This document shows positions 12,754 to 25,800 of a stretch of DNA of 64,000 nucleotides, in pieces. Numbering within the stretch: the first letter of the stretch is position 1; each line of letters starts with the position of its first letter. Origin of the DNA: Amphiscolops sp. MND2022 (lineage: Eukaryota); the NCBI GenBank assembly GCA_964187785.1, contig OZ076409.1, forward strand, positions 41,914,001-41,978,000, written 5' to 3'. Below the pieces are notes generated by a model. That model searched no databases and was not told the origin of the DNA. It saw only the letters and a list, made by a program, of their open reading frames with translations. Made by a program: the position numbers and the translations under genes.

Positions 12754-13960
12754 AGTAACGAACCTTCGGAAACAAAGCAAATAGCTATTTAGCAGTTTGT
12801 TTCCACAAACGTTCAACGAAGATACTTGGCTATATAGAATACTTTTTTGGAGAAAAGATTAGTTTTTATATAAACATGCGTAAGAAAACCATAAAACGTC
12901 AAAACCTTCAATTTTTGGAGATCCTGGTGTAGTGATAAAAGCCATTTTGAAGCTCTCTTAGCTCAGCATTTATGGTCCTTGAGTAAGTTCTTTATCCTTA
13001 GCTTGAAGGTATTTTAATGACAAAAACACATTCAGCGAAGAAAACAAAAAGAGAGTATCGGTTAGCAGCCCGCCTTTTGTTAACTTGAGCGAGACACTTT
13101 AAAACAGCAACTTCAAGCCGACCATTGCTTGACCACTATGCTGGAAATATGGTACTGCAGCTTGCTATGAGGAAGAATAAAACACCCCCACTTAAAAAAA
13201 CAGATCTGCTTATTCGACGTCCTCTTTGTGTGTGAATCAACTTCGTACTTTCTTTATCTGAATGGTCTCACGGAACTATTGGATTCAAAAGTCTTCAGAG
13301 TACTCGACCTCGACAAATTTTCTAGAGAAAAAGAAAATACTATTTTGTGACGTTTTTTTGTAACGTCCGCCAGCCTTGTGACAGAACACCTGTCAAAATT
13401 TACAGAATAAATTTTGAAAAATATCGTACACAAAGCGGTCGAAAATCAGTCAAGAAGACGTACGAACATACAACAAACACCACCCAGAAGACAAACGCCA
13501 CAGAGAACGTACAGTGACGTCCCGTGCAGAATCCCCGGAAAAGCGATATCCGCAAAAAATACGCCCGAAAATTCCGAAAACGCCTATTTTCGCTTGAAAA
13601 CTTCAAACTTCGGCATGTACAAAATATGGTATGGAGTATCTCGCATATCAAAATCTCGGTGAGTCATAATTGAATAGTGCAGCATTATATCAGGTGTTTG
13701 AGAATGATTTGTATGATCTATCAGATCCTGTAATTTGACCTGAATTAGCTAATGCAAGTTATTTCAGCCAACTGTGATTCTTTGACCTTCGGAACTGTCG
13801 AATTTATGGAGGAAGTCTCATGTACCCTAGAAAACCATTTTTACGTGCTTGTCGAACGTATCTGGTCTTTGAAAGTGCAAGCATGACACCACGGAGATCT
13901 GAAATAAGGAGTCTTGTCGGCGTCAGAAAATTTCCCCAGAAGACCACTGTTTTTGGGAGA

Positions 13961-14709
13961 ACAAGCCGGGAACGGCCCAAACCGACCCCATACCCAAGAT
14001 CAAAAATCCAGTCTTAGTCCTGAAAATCTGATCTTGAAGCATTACTTTGAACGCAAATTATGTGAAATTTTGGGGAAAAATCGATAATGTTATACGAGAA
14101 TTGAAAATGTTATAGCTGAAGTTCGAAAACTTTACTTCCGAATTTAAGTACGTGTTAGTTGCTATGTGAGAAATTTTCCACTTTGCAATTTTTTCAGTTT
14201 TGAAAAATTCTCCCAGAAACGTTATATCCGGTATACGTTTTATCCGGAAATCGTTATATCCGGTTTGCGTCAAATCGGGTTTGAGCCAAAAAAATCAAAC
14301 GGCGACCCTTTGGACTCAAAAGCTGGCGTACGCTTACTGAAAGCATCAATAAAATCATCAAAGGAACCATTTGGTAACATTTGAAAATTTTGGGAAATAG
14401 TCTCACAGAGCTGAAAAGTACTCAAAGGGTCCCGTCGAGTTTCTTAGATGATTTCGAAATACGTTGGAAGCTTTTGCGCTATTATGTATACAATTTTTGA
14501 AATTCATGAAAATTGTTAGAAAAGTGGACCACAAAGTGAATTGAAACAAACTACCCACTGTTACAGTCGTTTTTTTTCTTAAGGGAAACGATGCCGACTA
14601 AAAACTACCCTCTGTAAAAGTCGGGTTTTTTACTCAAGACAAGAGGCGCTGAATAAAAGATACACACTGTAAGAGTCGGGCATATTTTCTTGGGAAAATG
14701 CGCTGACTA
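13961..14709 (-). mobile_element. HINE-like element with a triplicated terminal module
   Basis: Head ACAAGCCGGGAACGGCCCAA at 13961; three tandem ~55-bp copies of CACTGT..AGTCG..GCGCCGACTAA-like terminus at about 14550-14710. Confidence 0.6.
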
Positions 14710-14894
14710 ATAACAAGTCTTTTGTCCAGTCAACCAAGTCGTTGTCCCAACTCTGGTATGTGCTCTTTCTGTTGGGCGTTACATCAGGAGTAGCAAAAAT
14801 TTTTATAGTGGAAAATAAAATTTAGTTCCCAAAAGTTGCAAACAAATTGTCGAGAAACAATTGCCAAAACAGAAGGAATATTTTTACGACCCGG
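14220..14894 (+). repeat. ~675-bp direct repeat, copy 1 (copy 2 at 19268-19940)
   Basis: Collinear from CGTTATATCCGG to TTTTTACGACCYGG, roughly 80-85% identity by eye; includes the triple HINE end plus about 185 bp beyond it. Confidence 0.85.
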
Positions 14895-17800
14895 TGAACG
14901 TTATGAAGTAGGACTCCTCTGGGCCGATGACAACCCTAATCTGCCGAACAACTATTATTCTGCTTACCAACAGTTTTTGTCAATGGAGAGAAGATTAAGC
15001 AAGGATCCAGAGTTGAAAGAAGCTTACAAAGATACCATTGAGAAGGACTTGGAAAATCATTTTGTACGAAAACTGGAACAAGAAGAAGTTGTGAGTACAG
15101 AGAATGACATGCAATGGTATTTACCTCACCATCCTGTCAAGCATCCACACAAGCCAGGCAAGGTTCGAAGAGTTTGTAGTGCAGCTTCGAAGTTTAAAGG
15201 CGTTTCGCTGAATGACAAACTTCTCAGCGGACCTGATTTATTGCGCAATTTAGAGGGAATTGTTTTCAGGTTCAGAGAACATCTGATAGCAATCACTGCC
15301 GATATAGAGTCAATGTTTTTACAAGTAGCAGTTCCGAAAGAAGAATGTAGAGTTTTACGTTTTCTCTGGCGAGATAAACCAGATGATAACATTGAAATTT
15401 TCGAATATACCAGGCATGTGTTTGGAGAGAGTGCGGTAGAGAAAACAAAAGCGAATTTCCTGTAGCAGCAGCTACAATAGACAGAAACTTCTATATGGAC
15501 GACCTTGTTAAAAGTGTTGATACAACACAAGAGGCCATCGAATGTTATCAGCAGTTGATGGAAACACTGAAGCGCAGTGGCTTCACATTGAAGAAATGGG
15601 CCAGCAACTGTTCAGAAGTTTTGCAAAGAATCCCATTTGAAGATCGTTTAGAAGCAAACGAATTTACATTGAACGCAGAATCATCTCCTATTCTAGGTCT
15701 GGAGTGGATAATCGATAGAGATTGTTTACAAGTATGTCGAGGACCTAGCGAAGAATGTCCGCAAGATATCACTCAACGAGTAGTGCTATCTTTTGTTTCC
15801 TCAGTTTTTGATCCCATGGGAATTTTTGCACCTTTTACTATGCGTATGAGAATACTATTGAAAAGTATTTGGATTCGCTTTGGCCAATCAGGGGATGAGA
15901 AAATTGCAAATGATGATTAACAGGTATTCCTGGAATGGGTGACAGAAATGCAAACAATTAAAAACACCTCACTTCCTCGGAATTATTTTCCCGATAGTCC
16001 TAAAAATATTCAACTGCACATCTTCAGTGATGCATCTCTAGAAGCTATGTGCATCGTCGCTTACTTTCGAGCAGAAGTCAACGATGGAGTTGAAGTCTCT
16101 TTTGTTTTGGGCAAATGTAGAATAGCTCCCATCAAACAATTGTCTATACCTCGTTTAGAGCTTCAAGCAGCTGTGTATTCAGTAAGATTCAGAACCTTGA
16201 TTGCTCAAGAACATGACTTACAGATTGACAGTGTTACTCATTGGACTGATTCAGTCACTGTGCTTCAATGGTTACATTCAGCTGACAAAAGACAAAATGT
16301 TTTTGTAGCTAACAGAGCAGCTGAGATCTTGGAAAGTTCCACAATTGACGAATGGAAGCACGTTAAAGGTGAATTGAATCCATCAGATATTGGAACACGT
16401 GGAATTACTATACAGAAATTGACCGAAAGCGATTGGTTGTCTGGACCAATTTGGCTCAAAGACCACCCTGACGATTGGCCTTTGTCTCTACAACCAGTTA
16501 ACTTGGTGCCTGATGAAAATGCTGCAGTTGCAGTAATTGCGAGCACAAGCATGACTCAGGAGCCAATAGTTGATTGCAGCAGATTTAGTAGCTTTTCCAA
16601 ATGTGTGCGTGTTATAGCATTTTGTCTACGTGTGAAGTTTGGAAGTCAATCCAAAGTTTTACTTCCCGGTGAATTGAAACGGGCGGAAGAAAGGGTTTTC
16701 AAGCTAATTCAACAAGAAACCTTTCCGGTAGTTCATGAAGAAAAGCAAACGTTCGGTAAGACAAACAAAGTTGGGGATTTGGCAAAATTTTCTCCATTTT
16801 TTGACGACACTGGCATAATAAGAGTAGGAGGACGTATTAAACATGCAAATTTGAGCTTTGAACAACGCCATCCGATTCTCCTGTCCACGAAACACGATTT
16901 TGTTAAAGTTTTGTTACGTGATTTACATCTCGAACACAACCATGAAGGAGTAGAGTACATTAGAAGCGTAATCCAACAGAAGTTTTGGATTTTGGGATTA
17001 CGAAATGCTTTGAGGAGCATCAAAAGCAGCTGTGTATTCTGTCGCAAATTACGTGCGCCGATAAACCTTCCTCTCATGGCCGATTTACCTGCAAAGAAAC
17101 TCGATTATCAGTCTCACCCTTTTACTCATGTTGGTATAGATTATTTTGGGCCGTTTGAAGTTAAATTGTTACGAAGATCCATGAAACGTTGGTGTTGTTT
17201 ATTTACATGCTTAACTACCAGAGCAGTACACATCGAGGTAGTCCGAAGCCTTGATACAGACTCCTGCTTGGTAGCTATAAAGAGGTTTATTGCTAGACGT
17301 GGCAAGCCAACAACCTTTATAAGTGATAATGGTACTAACTTCGCAAGATAATGGATCTGCAAGAGAGTTGAAGGAGTACATCAACTCATGGAATCAAGAT
17401 CAAATAACGTCAGAGCTTGCTCAGAAGCACATTGTATGGAAGTTTAACCCTCCTGGTGCACCCCATTTTGGTGGTGTATGGGAGGGATTAGTAAGAAGTT
17501 GCAAAAAGGCAATGGTGGCTATATTGGGTAATCGATCTTTTACAGATGAAGTTTTATTGACAACTATGTGCTTAGTGGAACAAACATTAAATGCGCGTCC
17601 AATTACCCCAGCAAGCGATGATCCTTCAGATTTAGAGGCACTTACGCCCAATCATTTTGTTTTGGGACGAGCGAATGTTTGTATACCCTTTATTCCCAAT
17701 GCTGAAATTTATTTCAATCATCGGAAAATGTTCCGATCCTGCCAGGCCTATGCTGATATGATTTGGAAAAGGTGGGTTAGTGACTATCTTCAACAAAACA

Positions 17801-18621
17801 ATGTCAGAACCCAGTGGAACAAATCAGAGGCCAATGTTCAAGTTGGAGACTTGGTGTGGTTGGTTGATAACAATGTGAAAAGATCTCATTACAAGATGGC
17901 ACGAATCAAAGAAATATATCCAGCAAAAGATGGTGTAGTGAGATCAGTGCTCATCAAAACTCATGATGGCACCTTCAAACGACCTGTAGTACGCTTGGCG
18001 CCAGTTTTTAATGAGCGTTTTCAATCTGAAAACGGGGCCGGCATTGTTGGCGCCTCAAACGAGATGCAAAAAACTTAGCGAAAAAATAGGTCGATATAGC
18101 CTAACTAAAAGTGCTGTAAAATTGTGTATAAGTGTATTTGAGCGCTAGTTTTCACCCAATCCCAATTATTTGACCCCTAAAAGCTATCCAGACCAAAAAA
18201 GTGAAAATCGAAGAGAAAAGTTTTTCTTTTTGTGTTCTAGGCCCCATTTTTGATTCTTTTTCCAAAATTACTGTAAATTTGGACTTTATTCTTTGCTTAT
18301 TGTATTTAACTTCTTATGAACTCCATATTTGGGCTACATGAGTGTCCGTAGGACCCATGAGGACTGTTTGTGAACTTCGCTGATTATTTAACAGCAAATA
18401 ACACGTGTAGATCTATGCCTTATTCTTGCTTAAATGTATGTTTTTTATATATACTTTTACATGTTTTGGTGTATACCTCCAGTCCAGTTAAATAGTTTGT
18501 TTCTGCTTATTCTATATATCAAGGCGCTTTTATGGTGATGGTAAATTTGACTACAAACAGCCGCCATCAGGTATTTCCTGTATGCTAAAGTAACCAGAGT
18601 TAACTCCTACTAAGACCAACA
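14893..18621 (+). mobile_element. 5'-truncated, decayed Bel/Pao LTR retrotransposon (RT-RNaseH-integrase plus 3' LTR)
   Basis: GERYEVGLLW, WYLPHHPV, ADIESMF, FYMDD, FSDAS, IPRLEL, HLEHNH..CVFC, IDYFGP, SDNGTNF, PHFGGVWE. Deletion near 15425, in-frame stop at 15918-15920, GATAATGG duplication frameshift near 17345. No gag, protease or 5' LTR. Confidence 0.93.
18045..18621 (+). repeat. 3' LTR of Bel/Pao element 1
   Basis: Follows PPT-like AAACGGGGCCGGCA; bounded by inverted termini TGTTGG...CCAACA. No partner LTR to confirm the end. Confidence 0.65.
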
Positions 18622-19267
18622 GCAACCAAGTAGAGATTAAAATCAGTCGACTTTGCTACTCAAGTATTGAAGAAAGTGAAAGCTTGGAAGTTTCTCGTAC
18701 AACTAATTCAGTTAACTCTGGCTATTGAAGGGCTTTTTGGAGTTGAACAAGTGATATTATATTGTTGCGAAATTCCAACGTCAGTTTATTATATTGCATA
18801 AGGTTGCGATATTTTTGCTTGAGAAAGTTATCGTAGACGCAAGGACTTGGACTTATCGTTTGGTTTAGCAGATCAACAACGCTACCCCTCATCGAGGCAG
18901 CTAAGTTGATTCCTATAATCACAATTTAGAGCTCCAAAGCTACTTTATGTTTGTGAAACAGAATAAGTGCAAAGTCAAAGATGCAGTAATTGCTTCACCG
19001 ACTTCCGAAACTTATTCAAAGTAACGCAAGCTAAATTTTCCTTTGAAAATAGTTGCGATATCAACCATTGAAGGTTTTTGAGTAGTGGTTTTGCAAGTGC
19101 CTTTCCTGGACAAATCAGTTGTAAAACTGTCCGCAAGTTGTCAACCAGGCCGTCGTATAGCTTGGTAAGTGTTTTTTGTTAATTTACCTTGCAGACGTAA
19201 AATCCGGCGTGGGTTTTACCCGGAATTCGTTATGTGCGGCTTGCGTCAGATTGGGTATGGGTTATGT

Positions 19268-19940
19268 CGTTATATCCGGTAAACTTTCTTTTGGGTTTTC
19301 GTTATATCCAGTTTGCGTTAAAACAGGTTTGCGAAAAAAATCAAAGGGCGACCGATTGAACTCAAAAGCTGGCGTATGTTTTCTGAAAGCATAACAAAAT
19401 CAACAAAGGGACCCTCTGGTAACATTTGAAATTTTGGGAAAACGTCTCACAGAGCCGAAAAGTACTCAAAGTGTCCCGTTTAGTTTCTTAGATGATATCA
19501 AAATGCGTTGGAAGCTTTTGCTCCAATATTTGTACATTTGCTAAAATTCATGAAAATTGTTAGAAGAGTGGATCACAAAGTGAACTAAGAAACTCTATTC
19601 ACTTATAAGGTCGGGTTTTGTTTCTTACAGAAAAAAACGCTGATAAAAAAACTACCCCGGTAATATTCGGGTATTTTTCGTTAGGACAAAAGGTGCTGTT
19701 TAAAAATATCCACTGTAAGAGTCGTGCACATTTCCGTAGGAAAATGCGCCGACTAAAAATAAGTTTTTTGTCCTTCAACATAGTCGTTCTCCCAACCCTG
19801 GTATGTGCTCCTTCTCCTGGGCGTTACAACAGGAGTGGCAAAAATTTTTATAGTGAAAAGTAAAATTCAGTTCCTGAAAGTTGCACAAAAATTGTAGAGA
19901 AACAATTGCCAAAAACAGTAGGAATATTTTTACGACCTGG
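19268..19940 (+). repeat. ~675-bp direct repeat, copy 2 (contains triple HINE terminus about 19595-19755)
   Basis: Collinear with 14220-14894. Confidence 0.85.
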
Positions 19941-22842
19941 CGGGAATGAATCGTTTCTAAGATGCCAAAAATAATGTCTCAAGACAAACTTGAAATCACT
20001 ACGTGTTCAATCGCTGTTTTGCCATGAGACTTTCCTTTTTCTAACAGTTAACTATGGCTTACAAACTTGGCCGTTTTTGTCACGGTGAACTTTGCAGTAT
20101 CAACATGACCGACCAAAGTGATTTTTGCTGTATCAACATGGCAATCGGCAATCCTTTGTTCCTTAATAGTCAATGCTTTGTTTCGAACCTAGATTGTTTG
20201 AGTTATCATTGTCTGATTCTGTAAAGACACTTTATTATTTGAGTTCTTCATATTCAATATACCAAAGGTAAACTGTCGCTTTTATTATCTGATGTAAAGA
20301 TCTCATCATCATTTTCAATTCAAACTTGCAGCACAGCCTAGTTTTTAAGAGCAGAAAGCTATGCTTCTCTGAACTGCTTGGTTACTGCTTCCCTTCCTTA
20401 GTCGGACTCGCAAATCAAGAAAACCCAGAAAATTTACTGATCTCTCTTCAAATAGTGAACCTCCTAAATCAAGCATCGGGATTTGCACGCTTAAGAATCT
20501 TTTTCATTCTCTCCTTTCGCTTGCGATTCTAAGTCAAGAGAAATTTCACTGGAAACATTGGGGAAACACTGTTCACTCACAGCGGGAACCCATTACCTTC
20601 ACAAGTTATGGACAAAACCCGAGTGGTTCTAAAGTTTGGTTCCCTTCGAACGGCTAAGTTAACCTCACATCAACATCGAGCGCAGCTAAGGCCTAAATTC
20701 TAAGTCTGAGTCCCTAAGCTTCCTTAGTTAGTGTGAAACCTTTGCTATCAAAACGCCTTCACCATAAAGGCGGTTTCGATTCGATTCAACGAAGAATACC
20801 GAAGCTTTTGTTTTCTTTTCACGCGTTGTTCTTTTGTCTAAGATAAGATACTAACTTACTTTTCGAACTACAAGAGATCGCAGCTCTCTTGAGGTCCTGG
20901 TTTCCTCAATACATTCGTTCCGCGCAACACCTTGACTACTCTTTTTGATCACCTTTTGGAAGCGTGCTTTTTCTACGTTTTTAGCGCGCATTTTTTGCTG
21001 TTTTGTTTTCCTTTTTTCCTTTTTCGCTCTCTGTTTTGGTTCTTTTGCTACGAAACACCCACCATGAGGGAGGCGTCGACTGCACGGAATAAACGCAAGT
21101 CTGAAATACAGATTGTTTTTATATACACAAAGTTACGATGCATCATCTTTCAGATGACGTCATGGAAGTCAGATATAGCAGGGACTTTTTAATCATGTTC
21201 AGCAAGTTACAGAGACATGAATAAGATAACAATCAACTTCAACTTGTTATAGTCAAGTCTTTTTGAACTTTTTTAAAAAATTTTTACTGGCGATAGTCGA
21301 GTTTTTTTATGAATTTAAAAAATAATTGGAATGAATTAGATCGTTTTGTCTGAAAAAAAACACAAAAATTATTCATGGAATATGTAATTACAAGTCCTAC
21401 TGTTCAAACATAGAACGTATGCCAAGATCTGTTACTTATCAGTAGATACCACGACAAAGTTTTCCCATGATCATTTGAAATATTCCAAGCTTGAACACGA
21501 TTTTTTCCGGGGTACCGACATTTTCCATAATCTTCACTAGCGCACAATGATACTGCACGACTACAGTCAATCCGATTACTGTCACAGTTTCGTTCTTTGT
21601 CATAGTGAAAAAACCAGACTAAATGCAGGAAAGAACGACCCATTCTCTAGAGCTCTGATTAGTTGGACAATGTAAACTCTTTTCAGAATCACGCCTTTGT
21701 CGAATAATGACTACATTTATCCAAGAAAAGAAAAACTAATGCTTCGTTCAATTGTAACTATGCTTTTAAATCAAGCTACAACCTTGCCAATTCTATCAAA
21801 ATATGTTTTCCTGAGGATACATTTTCCGTCTAGTTCCCATATGAGCTGAGACCATAGTTATTAGGTATAAATTTATTTATACATCTATCTAGAGATAAAA
21901 TCCGCGTCATTGCTAGCTCTGATAACAATAAATCAAGATTTCTAAAAATGTCACTTTTGATAACTACGTATATTTTGTCGCCACGGAATTTTCCATATCA
22001 CCATAAAATATAATTATGTATCCATATAAACAAAAGATCCTCCGGAGTATGATACTAGAAAGTTCCTTTAATTGAGGAAACATCACAAATTTGATGCAAA
22101 CTTATGACATAATAAGTATCATTTCCGGTAAAGAAGCATCGAAAATTTCTGCACCTGAGTGAAAGTCCATTAAAGGGGAACCTTATCAGTAACATTGAAG
22201 TATGTTTGATGACGTATATACGACGAAAAGACAAAGTGTCTGCCAGATTGTAAATACAACATCAGCGATTTGCCGTCAAACCAAAGAATAACAGTCTAGG
22301 GTCTAAAACAAGATTGGAATAATCACATGATGATGTTTTCTTCGCGCACATGACCAATAACCTTCAACTTTCCTAATATGAAATGAAACTTAAAACTCTA
22401 ACTTCCGCGCTATTTAAGTGGAAAAAAGTGGTCTAAAAGTACATTGTACTAGTACATAGTTTAATCGATGATGGTGGGTCCTTTTCAAAGAAAGTGAACG
22501 TTAAAAACCATTGAGAAAAGGAAATTTGCAATAGGTTATTGCGTTCACGTGGAATTTCATCAATCCTCGTGGGTTCCTGGAATCAGCGTCAATTATTGAT
22601 CTCAAAGCACATCATAGACGGATTTTTCATCCTATTCGAAAAATTATGGATGAAAAACACTTTATAACTTTGTTGTTTTTGTTGTCAGGAATTTGAATTG
22701 AGTTGATATTTCAAAGTGTTTGCAAGAGCATTGTAGTTTTTCAAACGAAAGAAAGTACTCAAGCCGTCATACTATTTCGACAAAAGTCTTGCAGAAATTA
22801 GATCTTCCTATATACAATTTAACTAAACATCCACTTCTCGTG

Positions 22843-25800
22843 AATCAGAAACAAACTGAAACCAAATAATGTTATTCATTCCATCGTTACAATGCGTGTG
22901 TATGTAGTGCGTATAATATAAATTCTTCCTATCAGATCAATCTCTTTTTGCTCAAAAAATAACATAGCAAGATTCGCTTATAACTTTCAACAGAAAATTT
23001 TTACAAGAACTCAACAATTACACAAGAACAAAATCCAAGACAAACATAGCACCCAATAACATCGAAGTACCATATATACAAGTCACCGGACTCAACGGGG
23101 AGAAACTGTACACATCAAAAACAATTTGAGAAATCACGACAAACTACACCACTAGAAAACAAAGCAAAAAGACAGTTCTGTTTTGCAAAAAATAACATAG
23201 CAAGATTCGCTTATAACTTTCAACAGAAAAGTTTTACAAGAACTCAACAATTACACAAGAACAAAATCCAAGACAAACATAGCACCCAATAACATCGAAG
23301 TACCATATATACAAGTCACCGGACTCAACGGGGAGAAACTATACACATCAAAAACAAACTGAGAAATCACGACGATCTACACCACTGGAAAACAAAGCAA
23401 AAAGACAGTTCTGCACGGAGCCGGATACAATCATAGTCGACAGATTGAAACATCTATCAAAAGAACTCCACAGCCCAAAAAAACTATCGCAGACGTTTAA
23501 AAAAGTTACTTGGCAAACCAGAAAAGCTGAAAAAAAATCTGAAACAAACTGAAACCGAATACTTTTATGCATTCCATCGTTACAATGCTGGTGTATGTGG
23601 TGCGTATAATATAAATTCTTTCTATTAGATCAATCTCTTTTTGCTCAAAAAATAACATAGCAAGATTCGCTTATAACTTTCGACAAAAAATTTTTACAAG
23701 AACTCAACAATTACACAAGAACAAAATCCAAGACAAACATAGCACCCAATAACATCGAAGTACCATATATACAAGTCACCGGACTCAACGGGGAGAAACT
23801 ATACACATCAAAAACAATTTGAGAAATCACGACAAACTACACCACTAGAAAACAAAGCAAAAAGACAGTTCTGCACGGAGCCGGATACAATCATAGTCGA
23901 CAGATTGAAACATCTATCAAAAAAACTCCACAGCACAAAAAACTATCACAGACGTCTAAAAAAATATTTGGTAAACTAGAAAAGTTAAAAAATAAATCAG
24001 AAACAAACTTAAACCAAATACTTTTATGCATTCCTTCGTTACAATGCGTGTGTATGTGGTGCGTATAATATAAATTCTTTCTATCAGATCAATCTTTTTT
24101 TGCTCAAAGAATAACGTAGCAAGACTCGTTTATAAAATTCAACAGAAAACTTTTACAAGAACTCAACAGTTACACAAGGACAAAAACCAAGACAAACATA
24201 GCAATCAATAACATCGAAGTACCATTTATACAAGACACCGGACTCGACGTGGAGAAACTATACACATCAAAAACAAACTGAGAAATCACGACGATCTACA
24301 CCACTATAAAACAAAGCAAAAAAAAAGTTCTGCACGGAGGCGGATACAATCATAGTCGACAGATTGAAACATCTATCAAAAGAACTCCACAGCCCAAAAA
24401 AAACTATCGCAGACGTTTAAAAAAGTTACTTGGCAAACCAGAAAAGCTGAAAAAAAAATCTGAAACAAACTGAAACCGAATACTTTTATGCATTCCATCG
24501 TTACAATGCTGGTGTATGTGGTGCGTATAATATAAATTCTTTCTATTAGATCAATCTCTTTTTGCTCAAAAAATAACATAGCAAGATTCGCTTATAACTT
24601 TCAACAAAAAAATTTTACAAGAACTCAACAATTACACAAGAACAAAATCCAAGACAAACATAGCACCCAATAACATCGAAGTACCATATATACAAGTCAC
24701 CGGACTCAACGGGGAGAAACTATACACATCAAAAACAATTTGAGAAATCACGACAAACTACACCACTAGAAAACAAAGCAAAAAGACAGTTCTGTTTTGC
24801 AAAAAATAACATAGCAAGATTCGCTGATAACTCTCAACAGAAAATTTTTACAAGAACTCAACAATTACACAAGAACAAAATCCAAGACAAACATAGCACC
24901 CAATAACATCGAAGTACCATATATACAAGTCACCGGACTCAACGGGGAGAAACTATACACATCAAAAACAATTTGAGAAATCACGACAAACTACACCACT
25001 AGAAAACAAAGCAAAAAGACAGTTCTGCACGGAGCCGGATACAATCATAGTCGACAGATTGAAACATCCATCAAAAAAACTCCACAGCACAAAAAACTCT
25101 CACAGACGTCTAAAAAAATATTTGGTAAACTAGAAAAGCTAAAAAATAAATCAGAAACAAACTTAAACCAAATACTTTTATGCATTCCTTCGTTACAATG
25201 CGTGTGTATGTGGTGCGTATAATATAAATTCTTTCTATCAGATCAATCTTTTTTTGCTCAAAGAATAATGTAGCAAGACTCGTTTATAAAATTCAACAGA
25301 AAACTTTTACAAGAACTCAACAGTTACACAAGGACAAAAACCAAGACAAACATAGCAACCAATAACATCGAAGTACCATTTATACAAGACACCGGACTCG
25401 ACGTGGAGAAACTATACACATCAAAAACAAACTGAGAAATCACGACGATCTACACCACTATAAAACAAAGCAAAAAAAAAGTTCTGCACGGAGGCGGATA
25501 CAATCATAGTCGACAGATTGAAACATCTATCAAAAGATCTCCACAGCCCAAAAAAAACTATCGCAGACGTTTAAAAAAGTTACTTGGCAAACCAGAAAAG
25601 CTGAAAAAAAAATCTGAAACAAACTGAAACCGAATACTTTTATGCATTCCATCGTTACAATGCTGGTGTATGTGGTGCGTATAATATAAATTCTTTCTAT
25701 TAGATCAATCTCTTTTTGCTCAAAAAATAACATAGCAAGATTCGCTTATAACTTTCAACAAAAAATTTTTACAAGAACTCAACAATTACACAAGAACAAA

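Noticed and set aside
14220..19940. The 675-bp direct repeats as LTRs of Bel element 1
   Set aside because: No TG..CA ends, PBS or adjacent PPT; a better LTR (TGTTGG..CCAACA) starts right after the PPT at 18045.
18622..22842. Possible very old Penelope/LINE remnants on the minus strand (e.g. KLKVIGHV near 22345-22370)
   Set aside because: Only isolated weak motifs and no catalytic motif recognised; needs a profile search.
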